From NCBI GenBank assembly GCA_976551045.1, contig CDPCPM010000056.1, forward strand, positions 29,822,001-29,886,000: DNA of 64,000 bases, written 5' to 3'. How positions within the stretch are numbered: the stretch's first letter is position 1; each line of letters begins with the position of its first letter. The DNA comes from Glaucostegus cemiculus. Taxonomy: Eukaryota. Below the pieces are notes generated by a model. The model searched no databases. It saw nothing but the letters and a program-made list of their open reading frames with translations, and was not told the origin of the DNA. Shown in pieces: positions 12,143-25,700 of the stretch. Both the position numbers and the translations under genes were made by a program.

Positions 12143-14574
12143 TCCTACCAAACAATTAACCAGGGCTATGAATATGTGGGCAAGAGGATTCTGGTGGGGA
12201 AACTTAATGAACTAAGAAGAAAGGATAAGGTGATGATCAAGGTTAATGAAATGAGTAAAACTAGTCACAGTATATCAGGAAGAAACATAACGTATGAACT
12301 GCTCCAACTTCTGTTCAGGAAAATATCTAAATATGAGATACTCAATGACTCTTAAAGAGATTGATGAAGATCACCATGCCATAGCTACATTGATTTAAAA
12401 AAGTCCTTATCTCAGTGTGGAGGCTGAAGATGCAGGACTAAATTACCAAGCCACTTCTTCTAATAATCTCTCTCCTCAATTATCTTTTCCTTCTTCAAGT
12501 GTCCCTACTTCCCATGTGTTTCTTGAAGCACAATTTCAATGCAGGGATTAATCCCTAAACCAATTTTTCTCGCATTACTTTCAAGTTTGTAAAGTATACA
12601 TTAAGATAACAGTAAGCTCCTGGAAAAGTTATCTGTCAATGACTTGTAATCCCAATTAATGCCAATTATCTTATTATGCTTTGGAATTAGGTTAAAAAGA
12701 ACTACTTGTAAATTGTTCAAATGACTTAATTGACATAGGCAAACAAAATCACCTGGTGCATGCCAGACACCCTTTCATTACTTTTAACACAATATAGAAG
12801 TTGCTTTCTGAGCACAGGTGCAGAATTTTGGCCTTGTTTCAATAATTCTAAACCATGGTAGTCTCTGACACTTATATTTCATTAAAATTCATTCCCCTCC
12901 CTTATTGCTTAATTTAGAAAATTGTCTAAAATCTCAGACTTATTTACTGTGTCAGAAAAAAGTTGGATTGAGGTTGGCCTGGGCAATCTTCGTTGTCTGG
13001 GCAGCCTGACAAAAACTTGAAGTGTGTTGACAATTCAGTCAGGAATGCCAATTTGAAACAAGCACAACGAAGCCAACAAAGCCAAGTAAGTTAGTGGGAA
13101 TATACAATATTTTTGTGTCAAAAGCTGAAGGGTAGACTAATATGGCAAGAAGTAACACCAAACCATAATCAAACAAAATGTAGATTCACTGTTTATACAT
13201 ACATTGGCATTAAAGCCGTCACAGTTTTCGGCTTGAATCCATAATTTGTTAATCACACGTTGTCTCACATTCAATTGTTCCCATTACAGCATCTCTTTAA
13301 GACAGTTATTTCTACAATTTTATATCCTGTGACTGAAGTTTTTCAATCAAACCCTGAACCATTTTCTCCAGTGAAACTAATGTAACCATTTATTATAATT
13401 ATTTAACCATATTTTGTTATTGATTATGGAAAGTTGAAAAGTTACTTGTTTAATAGTTTGAAATTCAATGCAAAGACTATTAATCATTTTTCTGTTTTTA
13501 TGATAATCTCAAAATTTTACAGGAACACATTATCAATTTAAAAATGAGCTTTTTCATATTTACAACAATATTTTGTTTTAAGATTTGTGTTTAAGGGCAT
13601 TAACAGGTGTCCAGATGCAAATTATCAAATCTCCATTTTAACCAAATTGAGATTAAGCATTAATATTTCTTAATGCTCAAATGAGTGAAAACAAACTTAG
13701 TCTAATCAAAATGAAGGGCCTGCCTGTGTAGGATTTGAGCCATGGGTTGAGTCCTTGAGAAATGGTAGGAAAGCAATCGGCTTTCCAAATTATTGATAAA
13801 AGTGATGCACATTACCTAGCAGCAATAGTATTTAAACTGCATCCTAAAGGTAAGTAAAAGCTTGATAAAATATTTTCTTCACTCAAAAGACAATTTACTC
13901 CCATGTTTTCTCTGAGCACGGATTAAATTTTTACCTATTTGATCCTTGGATCCTGACATTTTATTATAACTGAGGAACAAATGGGCTTCACAGCTTAGAA
14001 GTGAATTAGGAAGCATAAACATGGGCAGAAAATTAAAACAATTAAATATTGAACAACAAATAATAATTTTAAAATCTACTTACAAGTTGTTAAACTAAAT
14101 AAACAATAAAAACTATGTTGGAAAATTGCAATCTAATAAGGAAGATCAGGCACCTTAATTTACTCTGACCTCATGTTCACTCTAACTAGAGTAATGTGTG
14201 CTGTGTGTTCTAAGTTTAATATTTGTTTCAACTGTGAAGTTTCAAAGTCTCAATAAAATTTCCATTGAGTTCAATTGCCCAGAAAACAAGTAAACCCAGT
14301 ACAAATAAATGTGAAATACACCAGAATCTAATATTGTGTGACTTGTTTCTGAAGTGTGAAGTCTCATCATCTTTTTAAAGTTTAGTGCTCACTCCGGTTA
14401 AACCTTGCAAGTATTTAAGTTGACTTAGAGAAGCACCTCAAAGATATTTTTTAATTAAACAATTGCACCATAATCACTTTATACGTATGTTTGCTTTCCA
14501 TACATACTGAAAAATGAAGAATTTAATTAACAACAGTTTTGTTGACATGAGCTGAACTATCTTAAAAGGTAATA

Positions 14575-15120
14575 CATGCTGGAAACACTTAGCAAGCCTG
14601 GCAGCATCCATGGAAAGAGAAACATTTAATGTTTTAGTGCCAGAACCCTTCATCAGAACTGGAGAGAAAAATAAAAGTTAGTTTCAGTAGAAGAGGATGA
14701 AAGAGAGAAATGGATAGAACAAAGAGAATATCCGTGAATAGAGAGAGACCAAGTAGTTTAATGGGAGCAGTTAAAGTAGCAGTTAGAAGCAAATCTGTCT
14801 GTACAATGTGTAACAGGAAGGCTGTGGGACATGCCCAGCAGGCCAGACTATACTTATAGAAAAATAAAAACTGAGTCAAAATGATGACAGGCAGAAATGG
14901 ACAGTTCTAATTCAGAATGAAAGAATGAGTTACCCAAAGTCTAAGAATTTAATATCGAGACCAGAAGGCTACAACATGCTCAGAGAGAAGATTGGGTGTT
15001 GTTCATCAAGCATTAGGCCCTGACAGTACAGGAAGCCACAGACAGAAAGGTCAGAGTGGGCATAGGATAGTGAATTAAAGCAGCAGCAACTGGAAGCTCA
15101 GGATCACTCCTGTGGACTCC
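14575..15120 (-). mobile_element. Penelope-like element 3' fragment with terminal repeat
   Basis: Minus strand about 15010-14940 reads LDEQHPIFSLSML*PSGLDIKF, resembling the Penelope C-terminus LEEQHLIFRLGTLQPxGLN; terminal repeat 14575-14662 has CTGATGA at 14656-14650. Confidence 0.75.
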
Positions 15121-17105
15121 TTCCCTTAAAAGCTCAGATTAAAGGATTCTAGAGCAGGCCATTAATTTCAATAACAAGTTTATAAATAGGCAATCCTCAA
15201 GAAAAAAAGCTATGTGCATTCTATCATGGGTGCCAGGAAATCTTTAAAGTTTACAATTAAACTGATTAACCAAAACGATTCAAAGACAGAAAGAGGCATT
15301 TTATATTTTAGCAAAAGCTGCACTGGTATATGTAAATCTGATCCCTTCTGCTTTAGTTGAGAAATAAACTTCCTCAAACACAAACTAAGTATTTTTAGCA
15401 ATTCTAAGAAGAATTTTTAAAATTTCAATTCTCCTTGGTAGAAGAAGGTTGACTAAAAAGCAGCATTATTGAATAAAGCACATTCTTCCAATCATGAAAG
15501 AAAAAAACATTTAAAGTATTGCAGTATTCCCAAGATAGTACTGGAGAAGAATAAGGAAAGAAGTATTATCCTGATGCAGCCATAGTTTGTCAGTTAAATG
15601 AGTGCTGTCAGAATATAACAACTATACAGCAATATTCATGTCTTGAGACTAGGTAGGAACATTTTGCATTTATGTTACCAATGAAGACCATTAGAAATGC
15701 ATTTTAGAGGAAAATATCATGAAAGTGAACTCTATCAAAGAGGATAAACTTATATCAATCCAAGATTGTTCCCTTCCAAACCCTCTATTGTGATTAATAT
15801 TAGCAGATGGTAATATAATCATAGACCAAGGATTTCAATGTTTCTCCTGAACATTTTTATTCTGAAAAGTTGGTAGCACATACTAAATTGTTTCAAAGTT
15901 CTACAGTGCTGTGTTTTACAGCTCACTTTGTTTTCTCACCTTTAACAGAATGGAGCCTAAAATACTATTTACTACAAACAGTAAAGAAAAGTAAAAGGAA
16001 ATTCAAGCACTGGGTATGCCATTATATTATGTACCTATATGTCTACTGGTTTCTCTCTGCTTGTCTTGCACATGATTAATCTGGAACATTGTTCCAGTAG
16101 CTAACTAACAGCCCTGTTAGGCTGTTTATCAGGTTCTCTTTCTGTGAGGACAAGGTTTAAATATGAGAAAGGTCCATAGAGGTTAACAATTGACTTACAA
16201 TGTTTGTCTGGTTGGCTCTTCTTCTGCCTGTCTTCAGAGCAGAACAAAAATCAGTACAAAATGAATGGGCTGAATTCTCTTTTTGTATATGTTAAGGATT
16301 GTTCAGTGTCATTCATGGGTGTATTATGCAAACTGCAGTTCCAATCACATAACCTCTGGAGAAAGATGCATGGTCTCTAAACCTTCATCTAGTTGCTTCT
16401 CCACTTTACTAATAAACCCTTGCCTTGCATAAGACCTCAGAGATTGTTCCACCATTCCATCAGATTCCAGGTGATCATCTGCATCAATAATTCTTGGTTG
16501 AACAAATATTTCAAGCTAAAGATTCATTCTTTCAGAAGTACTTCAGGATAATTCATCTCTTTTAGTACTGTTGTGCCTTATAAACATAGGCCTCTGCTAA
16601 AGTCACATCTAAAACATCCATAACTTTGGTTTAAGGATGATTCTCTTGCCAATCTCATCTCCCCTCCCAAAATGGCAGAACTCTGGTATACGAGAGAATC
16701 ACAAGTCGGTATCAAACACATGCACTCCAACACAAAGTATCTGAATGCCTATAGCAAAAGTCTGCCTCTATTTTATCCCTCATGTCCATCAATGATTTGA
16801 TACGACATCAAAATTATAACTCATATAGAGTATGATCCGTGTCCAACTGCCAGAAACTATCTGAATTATTGCTTTCATGCATTTAAAGAAAGAAACTATC
16901 ATCATGAGAGCAACAAATAAACAACTCACTCTGCATCTATGTGATGCTAGTAGACCTTGTTTAGTATTCATTTCTGAATCAGCGTAGTATTCAAATGGTA
17001 GTAGTTATAAAAGTGTTGAATCTGATAACAGCTTAGCTCTATGCTTAACTGGGGTACATGTAAGTAATTGCCAACAAGACAGTTTATTCCATTTGGTAGA
17101 CTATA

Positions 17106-17843
17106 GGGCATCAGAGTGAGCAGCTAGTAAGAGTTGCTACCTCACAGCTCCAGCAATTCGAGTTCAGTCCTGATGTCCTGTGTTGGCTGTGTGAAGTTTG
17201 CATGTTCTCCCTGTGACCCTCTAGGTTTCCTCCAGAGGAAGAGGATGAGGGGGGACCTGATAGAGGTATATAAGATGATGAGAGGTATTGATCGGGTAGA
17301 TAGTCAGAGGCTTTTCCCCAGGGCTGAAATGGTGGCCACAAGAGGACATAGGTTTAAGGTGCTGGGAAGTAGATATAGAGATGTCAGTGGTAAGTTTTTT
17401 ACTCAGAGAGTAGTGAGTGTGTGGAATGGGCTGCCAGAAATGGTGGTGGAGGCAGATATGATAGGGTCTTTCAAGAGACTGTTTAGATAGGTACATGGAG
17501 CTAAGTAAAATAGAGGGGTATGGGTAAGCCTCGTAATTTCTAGGGTAGGGACATGTTCGGCACAGCTTTGTGGGCCGAAGGGCCTGAATTGTGCTGTAGT
17601 ATTTCTATGTTTCTATGCTCTGATTTGCCCCTGCTTCCCAAAGACTTGTTGGCTACAGTTGGCAACTGACCACAGTAAATTGCACCTCATGCATTAGTGA
17701 GTTGAAAAATCTGGGTGTGGGAGAGGTAAAGGAGGAGTTTAGGGAAACATGGGAAGAATAACAAGGGATTAATATAAATGGATGTTTGATGTTTAGTACT
17801 GACTCGGTGGGCAAGAACCTGTTCCTGTGCTGTATGACCCTGT
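17106..17843 (+). mobile_element. tRNA-derived V-SINE (HE1-like), split by a CR1 insertion
   Basis: 5' part 17106-17233 has a tRNA-like head and tgtgtgaagtttgcatgttctccctgtgacc...ggtttcctcc; it resumes at about 17617 (gctctgattt...cccaaagac) and ends in a CR1-like tail cctgttcctgtgctgtatgac. Confidence 0.8.
17234..17616 (+). mobile_element. Young 5'-truncated CR1-clade LINE nested in the SINE
   Basis: RMRGDLIEVYKMMRGIDRVDSQRLFPR...TRGHRFKV...FFTQRVVSVWNGLP, then 3' UTR ending tttctatgtttctat. Confidence 0.93.
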
Positions 17844-17889
17844 TATTAAGCCTCAACTTTTCTTCTTTGGTCAAATGACCATTTGTGGA

Positions 17890-18055
17890 CTACAGGAATT
17901 AAAAAGTTGTGGGGATCAACAGGAAAATGCTTTTGAAGCAAACAACGAGCACACTCATGTACTGACTAAATGGTGGGGCAGGCTAAACTCTCAGGAGTAG
18001 CCTTACAGGGACAGCCTTATAGGGAGTATGGACTATTCCTGCTCTTACTTCTAAT
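17890..18055 (+). mobile_element. Old CR1 3' tail relic
   Basis: aaatggtggggcaggct...tggactattcctgctcttacttc resembles the other CR1 tails in the window. Confidence 0.45.
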
Positions 18056-19220
18056 TTATCTCCAAATTATACATTCAATGAACATGGATGGGATATTAAT
18101 TTTCATTACACTATTACAGGCTTTCAACCTTTACGGCCTGAGAACCATTTATGTCTCAGCAACACACAAGCTGTATTCCTTCCTCAACTTGCAGTAACTA
18201 AAACATTTGTGTTCAGTGTCAGTTTTGTACAGATCTTCCTGTAGCTACACAGCACATTCTAGAATGTCATCACCTAATTTTACTCCTTCCATTCATAAGG
18301 TCAGAGAGTTACCATTATATTTTTGTGTATATAGTTTGGAGTGTGCATTATGTGGTCTGAGAAAGCTCTCATTTCCCACTTAGGGGTCGCATTAGCCTTT
18401 AAAATTGTGTGTGTGTGTTTTTTTTTATAAACAGGCCAATCTCAAAATCTGCATTTTCAACAAAACATCTGTGTTTTTCCAATGCAGTCTGTTATTTCAA
18501 ATTAATGAAATGAACATGCTCAGCAGAACACATTGTAAGCTGCCTTCTCACAATTAAAATGAATAGTTGGAATATTATAATAAACATGTGCAAAGACCCC
18601 CCGCTAAAATTTCTACCATATTCTTGAGAACTAATCAGCTTACCACAAAAGAATGGTACTATTCTGCAAAGAATCATATCTTGCATTCAGTCTGAATAAG
18701 GATCTCTTTTTATTCCCCAAAACTTCCAGAATCCTTCTTTTGCTGCAGCCTCCTCCAAGAACCCCGCTCCTCTAAATAATGGGAGCCCACTACGGATGCT
18801 GCAGCCGGGAGCTGCTTCAGCCACTCCTGCCCTTGCTGCTTCCTCCAGAGATGCACCGGAGAGAAGTGACTGTCTCGGCTGAGGGCACTGTGGATAATGC
18901 CAAATTCTACAGTGTTTAAGCAAAACTTTGTGTGTGTAATACAGTGCCTTCCATAAGCGCAACTTTTGTACCTGGCAGACCAATAAAATTTGTTTGTACT
19001 TTATGGGACTCAAGGAGATAAGCTTGTCTAGCTTACAATTACCTGATTTGACAGAAACTAAAATGCAAAAATCCTCTTGTTTTCTTCCTAAACAGTGCCA
19101 TAATTAATAAATTGTTGGATCCATACACTTTATTGAATCTACCTGTACAAGAATCACTTACAGTAATTGCTATTGATTTTTTTGTACCATGTTGAGGGAA
19201 TGGATTTCCCATTGATTGAC

Positions 19221-21004
19221 TGTGAATGAGAATCACAAAGATTTCTATAGCTACATTAAAAGCAAAAGGATAGCAAGGGACAAAATTGGTCCTCTTGAAG
19301 ATCAGCGTGGTCATCTATGCCTGGAGCCGAAAGAGATGGGGCAGATCTTAAATGAAATTTTTGCATCCATATTGACTCTGGAGACAGATACAGAGACTAT
19401 AGAGCTGAGGCACGAGAGCAGCGAGGTCATGACCATATCCAGATTACGGAAGAGGAGATGCTGGTTGTCTTGAGGTGAATTACGGTGGATAAATCTCTGG
19501 GGCCTGACAAGGTGTCCCGACAAGGTGTCCCCTCAGACCAAGTGGGAGGCTAGTGCAGAAACTGCAGGGGCCCTGGCATAGATATTTAAAACATCCTTTG
19601 CCTGGATGATAGCTAATCTTGTTCCATTGTTCAAGAAAGGCTCTAAGAATAAGCTAGGAAACTATAAGCCAGTGACCCTGATGTCAATTGTGGGTAAATT
19701 ATTGGAAGGTAATTCTAAGGGACAAGATATAAAAGTATTTGGATAGACAGGGCCTGATTAGGGATAGTCAACATAGCTTTGTGCATGGCAGGTCATGTCT
19801 AACCAATCTTATAAAGTTTTTTGAGTAGGTTACCAAGAAGGTCGATGAAGGAAAGGCAGTGGACATTGTCTACATGGACTTCAGACAAAGCCCCACATGG
19901 AAGGCTGGTCCAGAAGGTTGTCACTTGGCATTCAGGATGAAGTAGTTAATTGGCTTATCAGGAAAAGCCAGAGAGTGGCAGTAGATGATTGTCTCTCTGA
20001 CTGGAGGCCTGTGTCTACTGGTGTGCCATAGAGATTGGTGCTGGGTCCATTGTTGCTTATCATCTATATTAATGAATTAGATAATAACGTGGTAAAGTGG
20101 ATCAGCAAATTTGCAGATGAAACTAAGAATGGGGGTGTAGTGGACAGAGAGGAAGGCTATCAAAGCTTGCAAAGTGATCTGGGCTGAAAATGGCAGATGG
20201 AATTTAATGCAGACAAGTGTGGGATGCTACACTTTGAGATGACAAACAAGGGTAAGACTTACACGGTGAATGGTAGGGCACTGGGGTGTGCAGTAGAACA
20301 AAGGGACCTGGGAACACACATCTATAGGTCCTTGAAAGTGGCATCATAGGTAGATAGGGTCATAGAGCGCTTTTAGCACTTTGGCCTTCATAAATCAAGG
20401 CACTGAGTACTGGAGCTGGAATGTTATGTTGAAGTTGCACAAGACATTGGTGAGGCCGAGTTTGAAATATTGTGTGCAGTTCTGGTCACCTACCTACAGG
20501 AAAGATAGCAACAAGCTTGAAAGAGTGCAGAGAAAATTTACAAGGATGTTGCTGGGACTTGAGGACCTGAGTTATAGGGAAAGGTTGAATGGGTTAGGAC
20601 TTTATTCCCTGGTGCGCAGAAGAATGAAGGAAGATCTTATAGGGGTATACAAAATTATGAGGTGTATAGATAGGGTGAATGTATGTAAGCTTTTTCCTCC
20701 AGGTTGGGTGAGACTAGAACTAGAGGGCATAGGTTTAGGGTGAAAGGTGAAATATTTAAGGGGAATATGAGAGGAAACTTCTTCACTCAGAGGGTAGAGC
20801 GAGTGTGGAACGAGCTGCCAGCGGAAGTGGTAGATGTGGGTTCAACTGTAACATTTAAGAGAGGTTTGGATAGGTACATGGATGGGAGGGGTTTGGAGGG
20901 ATATGGTCTGGATGCAGGTAGATGGGACTAGGCAGAAGATCAGGTGGCATGTACTAGATGGGCCAAAGGGCCTTTATTCTGTGCTGTAGTACTCTATGGC
21001 TCTA
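19221..21004 (+). mobile_element. CR1-clade LINE, about 1.8 kb 5'-truncated ORF2 pseudo-copy with 3' end
   Basis: KDFYSYIKSKR..., VDIVYMDF, ISKFADETK, WQMEFNADKC, LVRPSLKYCVQFWSP, FFTQRVERVWNELP across several frameshifts; tail ctgtagtactctatggctcta; 13-bp internal tandem duplication gacaaggtgtccc at 19506-19531. Confidence 0.96.
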
Positions 21005-21653
21005 ATGCTGGAAAATCTAACCTAAATCAGGAGTTGGGGTCTAATGCTACATGACCTTTCCAAGAGAAAGGACTTTAATCCTTAGTGCAAGTTATGTCAT
21101 TAGATCACAAGAATACGTTAAATCAGAAGAATAGTATGGAATTTTTTAAAATACGAGAAATTTGTCAATGAGGTGCACAGAATTTCATTCTGCACTATTC
21201 AATAAACTTTGTCATGAACATTATTGTGTCATTTTGGGACAAATCAAATGTTTAAACACAAATTAGTGACACTCTGATCATCTTTTTTCCAGCTGATAGG
21301 CAGGTAGGCAGCAAGATAAAGTGTCAAGTAAAGTATGAGTAGCAGCTAGTTTGGCCATTTATCTAAAGTCTTTATTGGATTCAGAGTTGGCATTTTGTTA
21401 TCAAAATTTGCCACACAACCAGTAATGGGTTTGAAAATCTGAGATTGTTTTGAATAATGAAGAACCTTTCTGCTTGGTTTTGTTCATTTTAAAACTTACC
21501 ATAACTTTATAAGTTTCATTGCATGATAACAGTTCTACATCTAACTGCTCTTGAAAGCACTGTGACAGCATATTTTGGAGCCCAAAATGTTAAAAATTTC
21601 TCTTTCTGTCTTAAGCAGCTATTTTTATGGTCTGCTGCAACTTTTTTCTATTA

Positions 21654-21720
21654 TCTCTGTTTCTCTCTCCACAGATGCTACCTAATCTGCTGAGCGTTTT
21701 CAGTATTTTTTGTTTTTTCA
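21654..21720 (+). mobile_element. Penelope-like terminal repeat fragment without the ribozyme core
   Basis: tctctgtttctctctccacagatgctacctaatctgctgagcgttttcagtattttttgtttt. Confidence 0.75.
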
Positions 21721-24700
21721 CTTTCTTCTCAAGGTCCATTGGTCAGCTTCTTGGAATCTGGTGTTATAGGTGCAGCATTCTCAGCAAAACTCTCCTACTC
21801 AGTGCATCCGAATTTTGCATTTTAAGTCCAATAATCTTCAAAAGATTCTGATTTGAATATTTAAGACCTTTAATTATTTCAGATGTACGCTGTGGATGAT
21901 TGAAATTCACTAAAGATAACACGGCATTAGCAATCTCTGATCCAGAATGGGCACAATTTACAATAGCATAAGATTTAAATCCTAAAACCCTTTTCCAATT
22001 CTAAAATGAACTTCTTCCCCAGAAAATCAAGTCCTTAACAAGTTTAGTCGTTTCAATCTGCAAGTTAATGATTTATGCTTACTTACTTCACCAGACCTAT
22101 TCAAAAATGACTCATTTTAATAATCATATGGGCCACTAATCAACAAACTAGTTTGCAGGGTATTCCTTGGTGACTTTAAAGGCGTATGTATAAGAGGTAA
22201 ACTTTGGCTTTTGACTGCAAACACAGACTTGCTGGCAGAATTATCTTAAACTTAATTAATCTGCTTAAAATGGTGTAGACAAGAGCGCTCCTGTCAGGCT
22301 TATTGCTTGGTCAGATTGACTAAAATGTACAGAGACTACATCTAGATTACATAACAAATCACTTTGTAGGTTCAAATCCTTGACATCAATGTCTGGGACA
22401 TATGCTTATCTGAAAGCTCCTGATTCACTCTGTAAGGATTGAGTTGAAAAACACACTAAATAAATTTACCTTCAGAAACTGCCTAAAATCCAAATAAGCT
22501 TAGGAACATTTAACAATAAAAATAGCTAAAAGTTATAATTGCTGGATATCACTTCAATAAAAATGTTAATTGAAGACGACAAATCCTGATATATTTCTAA
22601 GTCTCCCCTTAGTACAGCATACACAAGGATAATCAACAGTGGACCAAGAAGTTATCTTGTGAGTAATGTTTGGAATAACTAGACATTTCACAACATTGTC
22701 AGTTTTCTTTATAAATAACATGTTTTTGTTTGACTATTCGCTCGAATTATTATAATGTCTAGGTTGCCAACAATAACTCTCCCCTTCATCCCCTCAGGAA
22801 GAGGGCAGGACGGACTGGCTAAGAAGTTATTCATGATGACCATCAACTGAGTTTCATAATTATTTTGACTAATACAAGGCCAGCTGGACAAAATCAATTT
22901 CACGTTTGATTATAAGGTTGGCATGGCATTGCAAAGGACGGAGTAAATTTGTACTGATCAAGACATAGGATTTTTTGATTGGTTGGGGTGGGTGTGGTGC
23001 CAAGGAGAGTAATGGAAATGGATTCCCCAGTTGCACATTTCCCATTTCAGTTCATTAAAGAGATTTTCCAACCAGTCACCCAAATTATAAATTATAAATT
23101 CAATTACGTCTGATTAAATAGTTAAATTGAAAGTAGAAAAGCCACTGCAACCAAATATGTGAAGCTAAGAGAGATTGCACCCTCTTACCCTGGCTGGTGA
23201 ATTGTGCTACTAAGACAAATACACATATTTATGTGTACCTTATGCCCTTTATCAGAAAATAGTTTTTAGACAGCATACATAATAAGGATAAGAGTAATTC
23301 TCCAAAACACTGCTGTCTCTGTTCATGAAAATGGAGTAATACGGAGGGCAGTGAACCAAGGAAACTTTAACTCAGAGGTAATTTTGGCTTAGTGTTAAAG
23401 TTTGAAAACATCATCATCATATTCAAGATGTGCAGGACAGCTTGGCTTTGATGATGCTTTCATAAGCTTGTGTTGGTTGAAGGAAGTTTTAAAGTTAGGA
23501 GTATGAATAACAAGTCTACATGAATTCTGAGTCCCAATAAGTGAGAACAAATAAAGGATTGTAACACTAAATACTTTGATGGACTTGAACAGAAACAATG
23601 GAGTTGTTGAATTAATATCAGGTTGGTTTAATGGTATGTCATTATTGTTAGATTTAATTTTTAATCTTCTTCATTCAAAAAGGTCCATTTCTCATTCCCA
23701 ATCCTTTTCTTGGATGAACGTGCTTCCACATAAACAGCCTGGGTCATACACAAGGACACCATCTATTTTTAATAAATCAAAATGTGATACAATTTGTTGA
23801 TCCTGTCTTCCTTAATTCATCTTAGTTGATGTCACGATATTTAATACCCATTATTCACAAGGTGTTTTGTTGTATATTAACACTGCAATTTAACTAATTT
23901 CACACATTGTTCCATCGCGGTCTAATTTATTGATACCCATATAAACTCTATATGGGGCACCCTTTCAGAGACCAAGGTCTGCATGGGTGAATTAAAATGA
24001 GAGCATTTCTGCTTGACAGTGAGAAAATAAAACTTTCCAACTTGAAAGAAGCAATCCACAAATAATCCAATCTGCTATGTCATGACAAGCAGCTGGGTAT
24101 ACTTATACTCCTTGCAAAAATATTTACATAGTTCAAAGTTAATTTTACCAAATTGGTATTATCACAAGGAAAAACACTGAAATTACATTGATTAAAATCA
24201 TAACATTGATATTAATGAAAAGATTTGTTATAAATATATCGCAATGATGCATCAGAAACCTATTCTATTTTTATTTTTTATTTTGTTAGGGATTGGGCAC
24301 AAATCTTGACAATATTTTGCTTCATATTCCCGGGCCTTATAATTGTTGATAAGGTGGCAACCTGCAATAAAATTTAGCTAATCTTCTATTTGTGTTAAAT
24401 AATTCTAAATTTACAATGTAACTAAGGCTGCCAGAGCCATCCCACAGAACGTCCTTGGAGGGAAAATGTAGGTCCTATGGCGCATCCCACATATCTCCAG
24501 GCAAACAAAAAATGAGAAGAATTAGATTAGAGGCCTGCTTGCTGTGGTTCCATCCAAAAGAAACAGTGAAACCACAGATTATGCTTTTTGGCTTTTCAGT
24601 TGATAAGCCAAGTAACACACTATATTCATAAATTGTGACGGACATTCTCCACTCTGGGTGGCTTTGACCACACTTGATCTGCAGGCAGCTGATTCCTGAG

Positions 24701-24851
24701 TAATTTGCCAAGGCAGTGACATCATTCACAGACAAGGCTGATTCAGTCTTTCTCCACAGTCTCTAAATGTGGAAGAAGCAGCACAAATATCTGGCGTGGT
24801 GTGAGAGAGCCGAGTGCAGAGATACTTCTCACATTAACTGTTTGAAAGAGC

Positions 24852-24970
24852 AGAATCAATCAGTGCCTTCAAAAGGGAATTGGACAGGTGTTCGAGAGAG
24901 TAAAACCATTAGCTGGCATAGACTTGATGAGCTGAATGGCTTCTTTCTATGCCATAACAATTCTTTGAAG
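24852..24970 (+). mobile_element. CR1-type 3' tail fragment
   Basis: cagtgccttcaaaagggaattggacag...ggcatagacttgatgagctgaatggcttctttctatgccataacaattc. Confidence 0.7.
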
Positions 24971-25475
24971 GAATATTTGAACTTGGTTGGTATGATGTAG
25001 CAACGAGTTGAAGGAAACAAGAAATACTTGAAGAAAAAAAAGAGTATTCAATCCTATATAAGAAATTTGCAGCAGTTATGTTCATTATTTAATAGGCCAC
25101 ATTTTCTACCCTGATTCCAGAATCATATAACAGTGACATTGGCATCATGTTCTGCTCCCACATTGCGTGTATTATGACTCAGTGTCGAGTTGTTTCTTTT
25201 CCATCCTTTCTCTTCCCAAGCTCAACAACTTCATCACTGTGCCTGAACACTACAAATCTCATGTAACCTGTTGCATGATTATCTATAATGATCATTATTT
25301 GTCGTGTTGCCACTGATTTCTGCTGATGGGTGGTCCAAAACAAAATCCAGGTTTGATGATAATAAGATAAAGGCTGTCTTTTCCAACCGGGAAGACATAC
25401 ACATATCTAGTTAGGCACATCTTTAGATGTTAACAATGGAAAAGCTACATTGTCATGACTAAATATTTCAAATAT

Positions 25476-25700
25476 TCTTTCAAACATTTGTTATGGCACA
25501 GGAGACCATTCAGCTATTCAAGTCTATGCAAGCTCATGGTAGACCCAACAAATTCTACTCTCTCAAGTGTCTGTCCAAATCCTTCTTGAAGCACTGATCG
25601 ATTCCGCTCTTTCACACAGTTAATTCCCAGATAACGATATTCTAAATTTATTGTCATATCTTCTTGAAAATTATGACAAAATGTTTCCCTTTGATCCATT
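25476..25700 (-). mobile_element. CR1-type 3' fragment, same subfamily as 24852-24970, opposite orientation
   Basis: Reverse complement gives ggaatcgatcagtgcttcaagaaggatttggaca...gcatagacttgaatagctgaatggtctcctgtgccataacaaatg. Confidence 0.7.

Noticed and set aside
12956-13085. Plus-strand exon-like segment ending CAA|gtaagt
   Set aside because: Stops in all three frames, and the donor motif is expected by chance
18687-19013. 108-aa minus-strand ORF
   Set aside because: Non-ATG start and no recognisable homology; openness is explained by local GC richness
20381-20931. Protein-like ORFs of 120 aa and 75 aa
   Set aside because: Frameshifted pieces of CR1 ORF2, not host genes
5427-22430. Exact 16-mer aagctcctgattcact shared between about 5427 and about 22414 (also a 14-mer at 3877 and 15512)
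   Set aside because: Isolated matches of this length are expected in a 64 kb AT-rich self-comparison and do not extend
22340-22445. GGTTCAAATCC B-box as a possible tRNA gene
   Set aside because: No cloverleaf; more likely a decayed SINE head
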